Below are positions 54,506-63,503 of a stretch of DNA of 64,000 bases, in pieces. Source of the stretch: a virus (lineage: Duplodnaviria > Caudoviricetes); the IMG/VR virus record IMGVR_UViG_2706796350_000001, positions 19,325-83,324 of that record; one strand, 5' to 3'. Within the stretch, counting starts at the first letter, position 1. Every line of letters begins with the position of its first letter. The notes beneath the pieces are model-generated. The model saw nothing but the letters and a program-made list of their open reading frames with translations. It searched no databases and was not told the origin of the DNA. The position numbers and the translations under genes were made by a program.

Positions 54506-55408
54506 ATGACCGCACCATTCCCAGAAGGTCCGTACGATCTGAATGCCAGCCAGTACAGCATTCTCGAATGGATCGAAATCCCCGATCCGGCAGACAGCAC
54601 TCGTCGGTTCCGTGTGAACATGACGTTCCTGCTCTCGAACTACAACTGCACGTTTGGCGCTGGGTGCCCTGGTATCAAGCCGCAGATCGAGAATGGGCGA
54701 CATGATGCCGGATGCTGTGTGCAGGGAGCCGGGTACCACGGGCCGGAAGATGTTGCTAACGTCGCAAAGTGGTTCAAGAAGCTCACGTTCAAGGACATGC
54801 CGGAAGACAAACTCCGTCATGCACGTGAACACGGGTGGTCGGTGTCCAACGCGAGCGGGGAGCCGTACAAGACCCGCAAGCTCAATGGCGCGTGCATCTT
54901 CGCCAACGAGAAGTCGGACGACCCCGATGCACCGCCGTCAGGTTGTGCGTTTCACCATCTCGCTAATCGCCTTGGCGTGAGCCATGTGGAGGTGAAGCCG
55001 ACGACGTGTTGGCAGGTTCCGTTGCTCGTTGGCGAGTACGGCGGCGAAACGTCTGCACAACCAGACCACGACCTCATCACGATCACGGCGCAAGGACGTG
55101 GGGAGTGGGGCGGTGTCTACCCCGACGACTACAGCGACCTCGATCAGGTCACGGACGGTCGATACCTCGGTTGGTGGTGCACCGACACGCCCGACGCGTA
55201 CAACGGCAAGCAGAAGGCGTACGTCTACTTTGAGACCGAGCTTCGGAAGATCATGGGCGATCCCGCCTACGAGCAGTTGGCACGCGTTGCGGTGGCATAC
55301 GGCAAACGACGGTCCCAGATGCCCGGAGAGCGCGTGAACGGGGGTGCGCCGACAGTCGCCACCGTGCAGTCCCTCGTCGCGTCTCTGAAGGCCAAGCAGA
55401 AGGCGTAA
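54506..55408 (+). CDS. DUF3109/YkgJ-like cysteine-cluster protein, host-like
   Basis: C.FG.GC...GCC..GA, GACIF, GCAFH, KP..CWQ.P, WWC; 8 Cys; resembles a conserved actinobacterial family. Confidence 0.75.
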   Translation: MTAPFPEGPYDLNASQYSILEWIEIPDPADSTRRFRVNMTFLLSNYNCTFGAGCPGIKPQIENGRHDAGCCVQGAGYHGPEDVANVAKWFKKLTFKDMPEDKLRHAREHGWSVSNASGEPYKTRKLNGACIFANEKSDDPDAPPSGCAFHHLANRLGVSHVEVKPTTCWQVPLLVGEYGGETSAQPDHDLITITAQGRGEWGGVYPDDYSDLDQVTDGRYLGWWCTDTPDAYNGKQKAYVYFETELRKIMGDPAYEQLARVAVAYGKRRSQMPGERVNGGAPTVATVQSLVASLKAKQKA

Positions 55409-55423
55409 TGGCATGATGATGGT

Positions 55424-55466
55424 GGGTCGCGCTCCGGTTTCACGGCCATGTGCCGGAGTGCGGCCC
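55424..55466. terminator. GC-rich hairpin without U-tract
   Basis: 14-bp stem 55424-55437 / 55453-55466 with 2 G-U pairs. Confidence 0.5.
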
Positions 55467-55489
55467 CCAACACATGAAGGAGAGGCGCG

Positions 55490-56233
55490 ATGACTGCACC
55501 GGGCGACACTCAGCTCGAAGACGTTTTGGTAATTCGTGGTCGGATTCTGAGCCGCACCGGGCAGGCACGTTTCCGCCAGATCGTTTTCCATTTTGCCGAA
55601 CTCAACAGGGATGACGCTACGAAGGTGACGCGACTCCCCGAGGCGATCACTGTTCCGATGGATCAGACCGGACTGTTCGAGGTAGCGATCAATCCCTCGA
55701 CCAACGGTGGCGGCTTCATCATCAAGGCGGTACTCACCACCTTCAGCGGGGAAATCTTTACCGACTTTCGTACTCTTCCAGCAACAGGCACCGTCGATTA
55801 CTTCCAGTGCCCGCGAGCTACCTCTCTGGACAACATTCGTTGGCCTAACGGCGAGACTCCTGTTCTCGTGTCGGACTACAACAAGCCCGGTGGCCCGTTG
55901 CAGCTCACCGACGAGGGCACGATTGACGACAGTCATATCCCGCCCGATTTTCTCCGTATCGACGATCCACGCTTGGAAGACATCGGGCTGAACCTCAGTA
56001 ACTACGTCACGAAGGTGTACTACGAGGCAGATCAGCTTGCACGGCGATCAATCACGATCCCGTTCACGAACCTCGACGTTTGGGAATACACGCACAACAT
56101 GGGATACCGCCCTCTTGTTGCGTGCATCGACCAAGGAGGGGATGAGGTACATGGCGCGGTGACTTACCCTGATACCGCGACCGTACGCGTCGAGTGGGAC
56201 GCGCCAACCAGCGGAACCATGATCGTTCGATAA
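55490..56233 (+). CDS. Virion fibre/collar-associated protein
   Basis: N-terminal Ig-like beta domain as in actinophage minor tail proteins; C-terminal W..THNMG..P.V.C.D..G..V.G.V.Y module. Confidence 0.65.
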   Translation: MTAPGDTQLEDVLVIRGRILSRTGQARFRQIVFHFAELNRDDATKVTRLPEAITVPMDQTGLFEVAINPSTNGGGFIIKAVLTTFSGEIFTDFRTLPATGTVDYFQCPRATSLDNIRWPNGETPVLVSDYNKPGGPLQLTDEGTIDDSHIPPDFLRIDDPRLEDIGLNLSNYVTKVYYEADQLARRSITIPFTNLDVWEYTHNMGYRPLVACIDQGGDEVHGAVTYPDTATVRVEWDAPTSGTMIVR

Positions 56234-56246
56234 GGAGAGAAACACT

Positions 56247-57362
56247 ATGAGTGCAATCCGGTACGGAAAGCGCATTGATCTTCAGGGGAACCAGATTCTC
56301 AACGCGGTAGTCCATTCGGACGCCGGTCTGCCGACCCCGACAGCCGCCCTCACGGGTTCATTGCGGTACAACACGTCCGACAGCCGCCTCTACGTCTGCA
56401 ACGGCACGACGTGGGAACTGAGGGCCACTAACGCCGATGCCCTTCAGGGATTCAGCCCCGCACAACTCCGTGACCGTGGAACGCACACCGGCACGCAGGA
56501 CGTGGCAACGATCAGCGGACTCGACGCCAAGATCGATAGTCGTCCGGTCTCGAACTTCGCCGCAGCCACCAAGGACGTGTCGCTCGGCAACTTCAAGATC
56601 ACGAATCTTGCAAACGGTGTGAGCAACAACGACGCCATCAACGTCAGTCAGCTCGACGCAGTTCGTCAGATCGCGATGAGTGCGGCAGTCGGCACCGCGA
56701 TCAAGGCACCGGTTCTGGCCGTGGCGATCACCAACCAGAACCTCGCAGCGGTGGGCACCATCGACGGCGTGACCATCCCGACCTCGGGCCGATTCCTGTT
56801 GGCTGGACAGACTGACTCGACGCAGAACGGCATCTACTACAAGAACGGCGGTGGAGCGGCCATCCGTGCCACGGACGCCGACGAGACGGGTGAACTCCTG
56901 CCCGGTACGCAGGTGTTCGTCACGCAGGGCACCGCGAACGGGGACTCGTCGTGGGCCATCGTGTCGGATGCACCCATCACCATCGGAGCATCGGCACAGC
57001 AGTGGGCCAAGGTGCCGGGTTCCTCGGGCACTTCGTACACGTGGGGTAACGGCCTACAGAACAGTGCAGGCACCATCTCGGTCAAGGCCGGTGTGGGCAT
57101 CAACGTCTCGGACGGCAACGTCAACATCGACACCGCCCTCGTGGTCCGCAAGTCGGCACAGGCGGTACCGGGAGGCACTAGCCCCGTCACGATCACCCAC
57201 GGGCTGAACACGAGCGACATCATTCAGGTGCAGCTCCGTGAAGTCGCGACTGGCGATCTCGTGTTCGTCGGCGTTACAGTCACCGGAGCGAATACCATTT
57301 CGCTCGACTTCGATGCGGCGACGGTCCCTGCTGGCACCTACCGCGTTGCGGTCGCCGGATAA
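56247..57362 (+). CDS. Fibre/whisker-like structural protein
   Basis: HTGTQ...TISGL, NLANG....DAIN..QL, TIDGV......FLL.GQTD..QNGIY....RATDAD; C-terminal THGLNT module. Confidence 0.75.
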   Translation: MSAIRYGKRIDLQGNQILNAVVHSDAGLPTPTAALTGSLRYNTSDSRLYVCNGTTWELRATNADALQGFSPAQLRDRGTHTGTQDVATISGLDAKIDSRPVSNFAAATKDVSLGNFKITNLANGVSNNDAINVSQLDAVRQIAMSAAVGTAIKAPVLAVAITNQNLAAVGTIDGVTIPTSGRFLLAGQTDSTQNGIYYKNGGGAAIRATDADETGELLPGTQVFVTQGTANGDSSWAIVSDAPITIGASAQQWAKVPGSSGTSYTWGNGLQNSAGTISVKAGVGINVSDGNVNIDTALVVRKSAQAVPGGTSPVTITHGLNTSDIIQVQLREVATGDLVFVGVTVTGANTISLDFDAATVPAGTYRVAVAG

Positions 57363-57469
57363 GCAAAGAGAGCAAGGGTCGCCCTGCCGGTAACGATCGG
57401 TATCCGCTGAGTGGCAGATAGTGGACCGATGACCCTGCCTCGCTAATCCTTTTCCTGAAGGAGGAAACG

Positions 57470-59032
57470 GTGCCACGTCTACGCAGCGTAGGTAAGCAAG
57501 CAGCGAACCCCCTCGACATCGCACAGATGCGTGATGTCACCGCAGTCGCCTCGACGGCAGCGGCAACGTACGTCCCGCTCACATCTGGCAACCAGCCGCA
57601 GGGTTACGGTCGACTCGACAACAACTCTCGTTTGCTGAACGCACAGTTGCCGACTGATCCCTCTGTCACCACATTGACTACATCGGGAAAGACCACCGCA
57701 GCATCACTCGATGTCACTGGTGTGTCGGCATTGGCGGGAGTCACTGCAACAACGGTGGCGGCAACCGGCGCGATCACGAGTGCATCTCTCAATGTCGGCT
57801 CAGGTGCAGTCACAGCGGCCACGATGAATGTTCCCGAGAACACAGCGACGACGTTCAAGGCCAAAGCGACCACGCTCGATTCGTTGAGTGTGTCTGGTGC
57901 TACCAATGTCGCCGCACTCACGGCATCTGGCGCAACGTCCCTACAGTCCGCCACAACGACTGATCTCACGTCGTCCGGTGGTCTGACTGCCACGGGCGAA
58001 GTTAAGGGCGGCACGGTCCGCTCAACGGGTAGTTTGATCGTCGCAGGTGCGTCCTCGTTGCAAGCGGTAACGGTTGCTGGTCAACTCAGCGCCGCAGGCA
58101 TCACCGCATCGGGAGTGATCCGTGGTGACTCGGGATTCCGTTTGGGAGTCAACCAAGCACTGTCGCAAGTTGATGGCTCGAACAACAACGTCCCTGTGAA
58201 GATCACGGGCGGTATCGATGTAAGCAACGGTGCACTCACGAACGTTTCGTCATTGTCCGGCCCTGCTGTACTTGCGATCAACTCCGCGATTACTGCAACT
58301 GGCAAAGGAACGTTCAGTGATTTGGAGTCGTCCAGTGACCTGAAGATCAACGGAGCGCTCACAGGCGTGGTCGATCTTTCTATTTCTGGCAATCTCAATG
58401 CAACAGGTGTCGGCAAGAAAATTACAACCACGGCATTGCAGACTGGAACTCTCAACGCAACCGGCGCTTCTACCCTCGCGAGTACTTCGGCGTCGTCCTT
58501 GTCTGTGTCTGGAACGTCGACCCTCACAGGGACTGTGACGATCCCTGACGGAACAGCAACGAACCATCCAGTCTCATACGGTCAGTACTTCCCGTATACG
58601 AATGTCCGTATCCCGAGCGCCAACCCAAGCACGGCGCACAACACCTGGACGCTACTCGGTCTGGATGTTTGGGAGATCAACGATGGCGGTGTAACAACCA
58701 ACAACACGACTTTCACCGTTCAGTCAGGTTTTCAGGGGCTGTATCGAGTCGGGCTTTCGTTGAAGTTCGCAAACAAGGCGAGCACAGGGTCAAAGATCGG
58801 GTGCATCACCAAGAACTCGACGCTGGCAACAAATAGCGTGCCGGATGCCTCTTACTCTGTGGCTATCGCATGGCAGGACACCATCTCTAACGACGGGTTC
58901 CTCAGCTGCTCTTCTGTCGTGTATCTGGACGCAGGGGATGTTTTGCGAGCTTACGCATTCCAGTTCACCAACGGCGCATTGCTCATCATGAAGGGCAACT
59001 GCCGCTTCGAGATGACACGCCTTCACAAGTGA
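57470..59032 (+). CDS. Long fibre protein, S/T/A/G-rich beta repeats with C1q/TNF-like head
   Basis: Low-complexity shaft; C-terminal FTVQSGFQGLYRV...VVYLDAGDVLRAYAFQ. Confidence 0.75.
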   Translation: MPRLRSVGKQAANPLDIAQMRDVTAVASTAAATYVPLTSGNQPQGYGRLDNNSRLLNAQLPTDPSVTTLTTSGKTTAASLDVTGVSALAGVTATTVAATGAITSASLNVGSGAVTAATMNVPENTATTFKAKATTLDSLSVSGATNVAALTASGATSLQSATTTDLTSSGGLTATGEVKGGTVRSTGSLIVAGASSLQAVTVAGQLSAAGITASGVIRGDSGFRLGVNQALSQVDGSNNNVPVKITGGIDVSNGALTNVSSLSGPAVLAINSAITATGKGTFSDLESSSDLKINGALTGVVDLSISGNLNATGVGKKITTTALQTGTLNATGASTLASTSASSLSVSGTSTLTGTVTIPDGTATNHPVSYGQYFPYTNVRIPSANPSTAHNTWTLLGLDVWEINDGGVTTNNTTFTVQSGFQGLYRVGLSLKFANKASTGSKIGCITKNSTLATNSVPDASYSVAIAWQDTISNDGFLSCSSVVYLDAGDVLRAYAFQFTNGALLIMKGNCRFEMTRLHK

Positions 59033-59045
59033 AAATAGGAGAACC

Positions 59046-59528
59046 ATGGCTGCCTTGAACTTGGTCGACGGTGACGACGAGCCTGAAGGGGTTTTGTCTA
59101 ACACGTTGGTGATACAGCAAACGCAAGACATAGAGGTCGTTTCGTGGAAAGACAAAGCGATGTGCCACGGCCTCCATGAAGTCTTCGACTTGGATAACGA
59201 GCGCAAGTCGACCAAGGACGAGCGCAAACGCCGCAGACATGAGAACCGCGCCAAGGCAAGGGTGGCGCGGTCTCTCTGTATGGACTGCCCGGTATTCCAG
59301 CAGTGTTGGGACGACGCATGGGAGAGCGACGCGGTGGGCGTCATCCGTGCAGGGGCAGTGCTCAACAGTGACATCCGTGCCGTTCGCGAGAAGCGGTTGA
59401 CCAACGCAATGAACCAGTACAGGAGCAGCAATGACGAATCCCAACGTGACCGACGAAAAAACGGTCGAGCAGCGCCGAAGCGAAATCCTGGAAGAGCTAA
59501 GTCTTCCGCAAGACTCCAAAGCGTCTGA
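59046..59528 (+). CDS. whiB: WhiB-family transcription factor (divergent)
   Basis: WKDKAMC...A..LC.DCPV.QQC four-Cys pattern; GVIRAG in place of G(V/I)WGG. Confidence 0.8.
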   Translation: MAALNLVDGDDEPEGVLSNTLVIQQTQDIEVVSWKDKAMCHGLHEVFDLDNERKSTKDERKRRRHENRAKARVARSLCMDCPVFQQCWDDAWESDAVGVIRAGAVLNSDIRAVREKRLTNAMNQYRSSNDESQRDRRKNGRAAPKRNPGRAKSSARLQSV

Positions 59529-59673
59529 CGTCATCCAGTGCGTGATCAACTCCACGGGTCATCACTGCACTCTCTTCGACCTGATGGTGCTTGCCCAAAT
59601 CTTCGACGGGAACATTCAGCTCTACGTTACGGATAACGAGAAAACGAGTGTGGGTAATCCACGTCCGTTGTGA
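59431..59673 (+). CDS. Hypothetical protein overlapping the WhiB tail
   Basis: SD AGGAG 5 nt before ATG; 80 aa. Confidence 0.55.
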   Translation: MTNPNVTDEKTVEQRRSEILEELSLPQDSKASDVIQCVINSTGHHCTLFDLMVLAQIFDGNIQLYVTDNEKTSVGNPRPL

Positions 59674-59748
59674 CCTCTACGCGGTGTAGTTTGAACGTAC
59701 TAGCGCACATAACAAAGCGCGGAGCGTAACTACGGGAGGTGCCGAGCG

Positions 59749-59967
59749 ATGTCTTGGTGGAGTAAAGCTAAGGAACGACAGAAGACGAACACTGTCGAAG
59801 TCCAGTTGCTGAAGGGGCTGATAGCGAACCAGCACTTCATCACGGATCGCATGGAGACCATCGCAAAGGAAATCTCTGGTTCGTTGATGGAGATTCGCAA
59901 AGCGACGGACGGATGCAAGGACTGTCACGAGAAGCATCCCTGTGACAACCCGGCCCCTAAGCGCTAG
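59749..59967 (+). CDS. Small hypothetical protein
   Basis: SD GGGAGG; 72 aa. Confidence 0.65.
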   Translation: MSWWSKAKERQKTNTVEVQLLKGLIANQHFITDRMETIAKEISGSLMEIRKATDGCKDCHEKHPCDNPAPKR

Positions 59968-60043
59968 ACTCAGCATCACTCGCCCGTGACAGAGATCGGG
60001 CGGGGAGCAAGAAAATAAAAAGACACTGAAGTCTTTACGTCAC

Positions 60044-60086
60044 CAGCAGACCCTCGGTAGCCCAACAGCCGCCGGGGGTTTGTTGT
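60044..60086 (+). terminator. Rho-independent terminator
   Basis: AGACCCTCGGT / GCCGGGGGTTT stem followed by GTTGT. Confidence 0.7.
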
Positions 60087-60094
60087 ATCTGCGG

Positions 60095-60333
60095 CCAGGA
60101 CAGGGTCGAACTCGTGCCTGTGTGCCATTCTGCGGGGCGATCACCCTATCGGCGGGGAATCCCAACCCATATGCCCTCGTAGACCGTGTGGCGGGAATCT
60201 AGACCTACTCCACAGTCAGTCCTGGGGATAGGATCACTCTCAGCATGTCCATGCGCCATCTGACGTGCGGGAATTACGTACCGAAACGAGACGGAAAGAG
60301 CGGGTAGACCACAGCACATCCTCGTTTACAGAT
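60095..60333 (+). ncRNA. Candidate structured intergenic RNA with predicted pseudoknot
   Basis: Crossing helices 60095-60101/60219-60225 and 60145-60150/60227-60232, plus a three-way junction at 60258-60333. Confidence 0.35.
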
Positions 60334-60357
60334 TCGGGGAAAGCGCGGGAGAAGAAC

Positions 60358-60708
60358 ATGAACTACTGCATCGTAGTAATGACGGCGTTGACACTCATCG
60401 GCCTGACACTGTCTGGGATCGGGTATCTCATCGGGTATCGGGCGGGATTCAAGGACGCAACCCTAGAGATGACCCTGGTGGAGGAATGGGGAGAGTTTCG
60501 TAGGGAGAGGCGGGAAGGTTTCGCACAGGTGGCCCAGGAGTTCGCACAGGAGCACGGGGAAGTAGGTGTCGTGGTGGAGCTGCATGGGATCGATCTGAGC
60601 GTGGATGAGTACATAGGGGGCACTGAAGCACCCATCTACACGGGGCTGAGACCGTTCAAGCCCTGGTGGAGCGTGTGGAACCCTTACCGCACTCACAAAG
60701 TCGCCTAG
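60358..60708 (+). CDS. N-terminal TM membrane protein
   Basis: CIVVMTALTLIGLTLSGIGYLIGYR.GFK. Confidence 0.6.
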   Translation: MNYCIVVMTALTLIGLTLSGIGYLIGYRAGFKDATLEMTLVEEWGEFRRERREGFAQVAQEFAQEHGEVGVVVELHGIDLSVDEYIGGTEAPIYTGLRPFKPWWSVWNPYRTHKVA

Positions 60709-60821
60709 CAGGAAAACTGGTGTAGCAGGGAGTTGCATCAGCCGTTTCTGGACTGAAGGGGAACACCCCGAGTACCTTGTATGAAACACAGGGAAGCCCA
60801 GTTACAGGAGATGGCAAAGAC

Positions 60822-61733
60822 ATGACCAATCCCGCACCACTCGTTCCGAAGAAAATCAATCGGAAGACGGGAAAGCCGGTAAGTAGGAGATCGGGGCAGG
60901 AACGGTATCCGTGGGACAAGATTCGGCGGGACTACATCGAGGGTGTTCCTGTACCCGGTACCAAGGACGAACGGGTATGGCCCAATCTCAAAGACCTTGG
61001 GGAAGACTATGGGGTTCCGTATCCCCGCATGCGTAAGAGGTCCGCAGCAGAACGTTGGACTGCCCACAAGGAGGCGGCACAGAACGTAGCGCGACTTGCA
61101 CGCATGAAGAAGCGGGCGGAACAGATCGAGACCAACGCGCTTGACTTCGACGAGAAGTCCTACAACGTAGCGAAACTCGGTATGTCCCTTGTCGCTGGCC
61201 GTATGGCAGAGATCGGTCAGGAAATGCAGGTCAAGAAGCAGTTCCGCGATCAGGCAATCGCAGACCTCCAATCAGGCTTGCCCGTACCGAAGGAAGACCT
61301 GTACTCGTCCATCCGGTATCAGGAACTGGAAGGGTTGGCCGGTGCGGCAGAGAGGTTCCAGTCCATCGGCATGAAGGCACTTGGTACTGACTCCCAGCGG
61401 ATCGACATCAACAACATCGGTGGCGGTGATACCAACGTCTCCATCGTGAACGTGTCTAACGAATTGGCACGTGACGATGCAGAGCGTCTTGGTGACGTCT
61501 TCGCGGCTATGAACGAAGCGGGTCTGTTGCCCAAGGAGGTTCTAGACGCCGTGACCATCGTGGATGCCGAGGTGGAAGAGAACGACATCCCCTCCGATCT
61601 GGCAGACGCACAGCAAGAGGCGATCGAAGCGACCGCACATACCGAAACAGAAGAAGGAGAAGCCGATGGTGAAGAAGACGACGGTGATGAGGATTGGGAA
61701 GATGAGGAAGGAATGGACACAGACGCAGAGTAA
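60822..61733 (+). CDS. Terminase small subunit-like HTH protein with acidic tail
   Basis: WDKIRRDYIEG...LKDLGEDYGV.Y..MRKRS..ERW N-terminal HTH; coiled coil; D/E tail. Confidence 0.65.
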   Translation: MTNPAPLVPKKINRKTGKPVSRRSGQERYPWDKIRRDYIEGVPVPGTKDERVWPNLKDLGEDYGVPYPRMRKRSAAERWTAHKEAAQNVARLARMKKRAEQIETNALDFDEKSYNVAKLGMSLVAGRMAEIGQEMQVKKQFRDQAIADLQSGLPVPKEDLYSSIRYQELEGLAGAAERFQSIGMKALGTDSQRIDINNIGGGDTNVSIVNVSNELARDDAERLGDVFAAMNEAGLLPKEVLDAVTIVDAEVEENDIPSDLADAQQEAIEATAHTETEEGEADGEEDDGDEDWEDEEGMDTDAE

Positions 61734-61751
61734 GCGTCTGGCCTGATCTGC

Positions 61752-62006
61752 ATGGCTAAGAGAGTTGTCGTTCACGTGTTCGCACCGTCTTCCGATCACA
61801 TGGGGCGATGTGCGGAATGCAAGCGGGAGTTCATGCACAAGAACCATCCGCACTGGTTCTCCCAGGGAGTGAAGAAACCCGATACGTGTGAATGTGGTGG
61901 GCCAAGAGGTTCACGTGCACACCGTTACTGGAACAGCGAAAGAGGCAGGGCATATGAACTGGATGGACGAAAGACAACGAACGTGCGCCCCAACGAGGCC
62001 GCGTGA
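61752..62006 (+). CDS. Zn-binding small protein
   Basis: CAEC....H..H...CECG....H. Confidence 0.55.
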   Translation: MAKRVVVHVFAPSSDHMGRCAECKREFMHKNHPHWFSQGVKKPDTCECGGPRGSRAHRYWNSERGRAYELDGRKTTNVRPNEAA

Positions 62007-62127
62007 GCAGGGGCGAAACACGCCCCAGATCGAACGCTGCGGGAGTTGTGGGCACTTCACGTCAGTCAGTGCCAAGGGGGTGTGTGATCGATGCAGGCGG
62101 AACGAGGGTCGACAGGGCACCAACTGA
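61954..62127 (+). CDS. Small CxxC-CxxC protein
   Basis: CGSCG...CDRC; overlaps previous ORF. Confidence 0.45.
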   Translation: MNWMDERQRTCAPTRPREQGRNTPQIERCGSCGHFTSVSAKGVCDRCRRNEGRQGTN

Positions 62128-62384
62128 TGACACAACTGAATGGGTTACGCATGCTCGACGATGATCAGACAGCGCGCAACCTGAAGAAGGTGCGGGTAGT
62201 AATTGCCGCCCTCTCAACGCTTGCCCTGATCACTACTGGCCTCGTGTACTGGGTAGCCGATGAAGTGCACGACACGGCAGACCCCACGGAGTGCGCACGG
62301 GTTTATCCCCTGCCGGTCTGTGCAGAGATGGGCGACTGTGTGTGGGATTACCAAAGCTGTACGTACGTAACGATTGAAAGGTGA
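62127..62384 (+). CDS. Single-TM protein with Cys-rich C-terminus
   Basis: TGATG coupling; VVIAALSTLALITTGLVYWV. Confidence 0.55.
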   Translation: MTQLNGLRMLDDDQTARNLKKVRVVIAALSTLALITTGLVYWVADEVHDTADPTECARVYPLPVCAEMGDCVWDYQSCTYVTIER

Positions 62385-62515
62385 ATGGCATGGAGCCGAA
62401 CGAGAACAAGGAAACACCCGCAACGTTTCGTGACACCAACGGAGTTGAGTGGGAGTACGACGAAGCTGCACGGCAGTGGGTGCGTGTCGACGAGAAGGCA
62501 GACAGCAATGGATAA
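62381..62515 (+). CDS. Small hypothetical protein (not in ORF track)
   Basis: GTGA coupling; ...MEPNENKETPATFRDTNGVEWEYDEAARQWVRV. Confidence 0.5.
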   Translation: MNGMEPNENKETPATFRDTNGVEWEYDEAARQWVRVDEKADSNG

Positions 62516-62870
62516 GTCAGAAGTCTTAGACACCGCGAAAGAGTTGGTATGCGGACAGCGTGCAGACGATTACGGGGATGCCAAGGAGAACTTCGATCGC
62601 ATCGCACGTCTATGGGCACCATTGCTCGGCGTGGATGAAGTGACCCCGCAACAGGTAGCCCTGTGTCTCGCCGCACTGAAGATGGCGCGGCTGGTAACCA
62701 GTCCGAACCACGAAGACTCATGGGTTGATCTAGCGGGGTATGCGGCGCTAGGCGGTGATGTTGCCCTCGACACTGTTCGTTTGCCGGGATCAGCAGAACC
62801 CAACCCTGTTGACGAGGTACTGCGAACCATGAAGTCGATGGGTCGAGACGAACGGAGCTACACGGTATGA
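62508..62870 (+). CDS. DUF6378-like phage protein
   Basis: VL..A.ELV.G.R.DDYG....NF..IA.LW, LKMAR, H.DSWVDLAGYAALG. Confidence 0.85.
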   Translation: MDKSEVLDTAKELVCGQRADDYGDAKENFDRIARLWAPLLGVDEVTPQQVALCLAALKMARLVTSPNHEDSWVDLAGYAALGGDVALDTVRLPGSAEPNPVDEVLRTMKSMGRDERSYTV

Positions 62871-63003
62871 ACCCCTGGTACGCGGGACTGATTGCACCTT
62901 AGACGCCCTGGACAGGTACCAGCAGTGGTTAACAGAGGACGGGATCACTAAGCTGATCGATGCGGCCCGTTACTTTGCCAACACACATAACTAGGAGCAA
63001 CAC

Positions 63004-63216
63004 ATGACCTCGATGCCATTCCATCCCGCGTTCGGGAGTTCCAAGAGTGGAGCGGATCGCAAGACCAAGGTCACGAACGAGAAGAACATTCACCACGTCC
63101 CTGCCAATGAGCAGCGAACCTTGTCGAAGTTCGACCAGGAGAACGAACGGCGGGACAGAATGGAAGCGGCACGGGAAGAACGTGCACGGCAACGAGAGGA
63201 GCGGAAGAACCGATGA
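63004..63216 (+). CDS. Small hypothetical protein
   Basis: SD AGGAG; 70 aa. Confidence 0.65.
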   Translation: MTSMPFHPAFGSSKSGADRKTKVTNEKNIHHVPANEQRTLSKFDQENERRDRMEAAREERARQREERKNR

Positions 63217-63503
63217 CGATGGAACATTTGCAATGCCTGGGAGACGGCGGGCATCACTGGGAACCGCAAGTCCCCGGCGAGAGAAACACTTGCCGAAACT
63301 GCGGATACAAAGGGCTCGTCTTCGAGAAGGAACAGGACACGATGACTAACAAGGTCGGCAAGTACAAGGTCGAGGTGCACAACGACACCGTGACCCTGGA
63401 CATCGACGGCACGGTGTACTCGATGTCACCCGGCCAAGCATCCCGCCTTACCGGCTTGCTCATGAAGGCCGGTCTGTCCGCAGCGATGAACGTGGACCTC
63501 TGA
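63213..63503 (+). CDS. Small Zn-binding protein
   Basis: C....HHW...CRNCG. Confidence 0.6.
   Translation: MTMEHLQCLGDGGHHWEPQVPGERNTCRNCGYKGLVFEKEQDTMTNKVGKYKVEVHNDTVTLDIDGTVYSMSPGQASRLTGLLMKAGLSAAMNVDL

Noticed and set aside
60258-60333. Hammerhead-like core (CTGACG...GAAAC...GTT)
   Set aside because: Position 9 is T rather than A, and there is no stem I partner after the putative cleavage site; CTGA is instead paired with CAGAT
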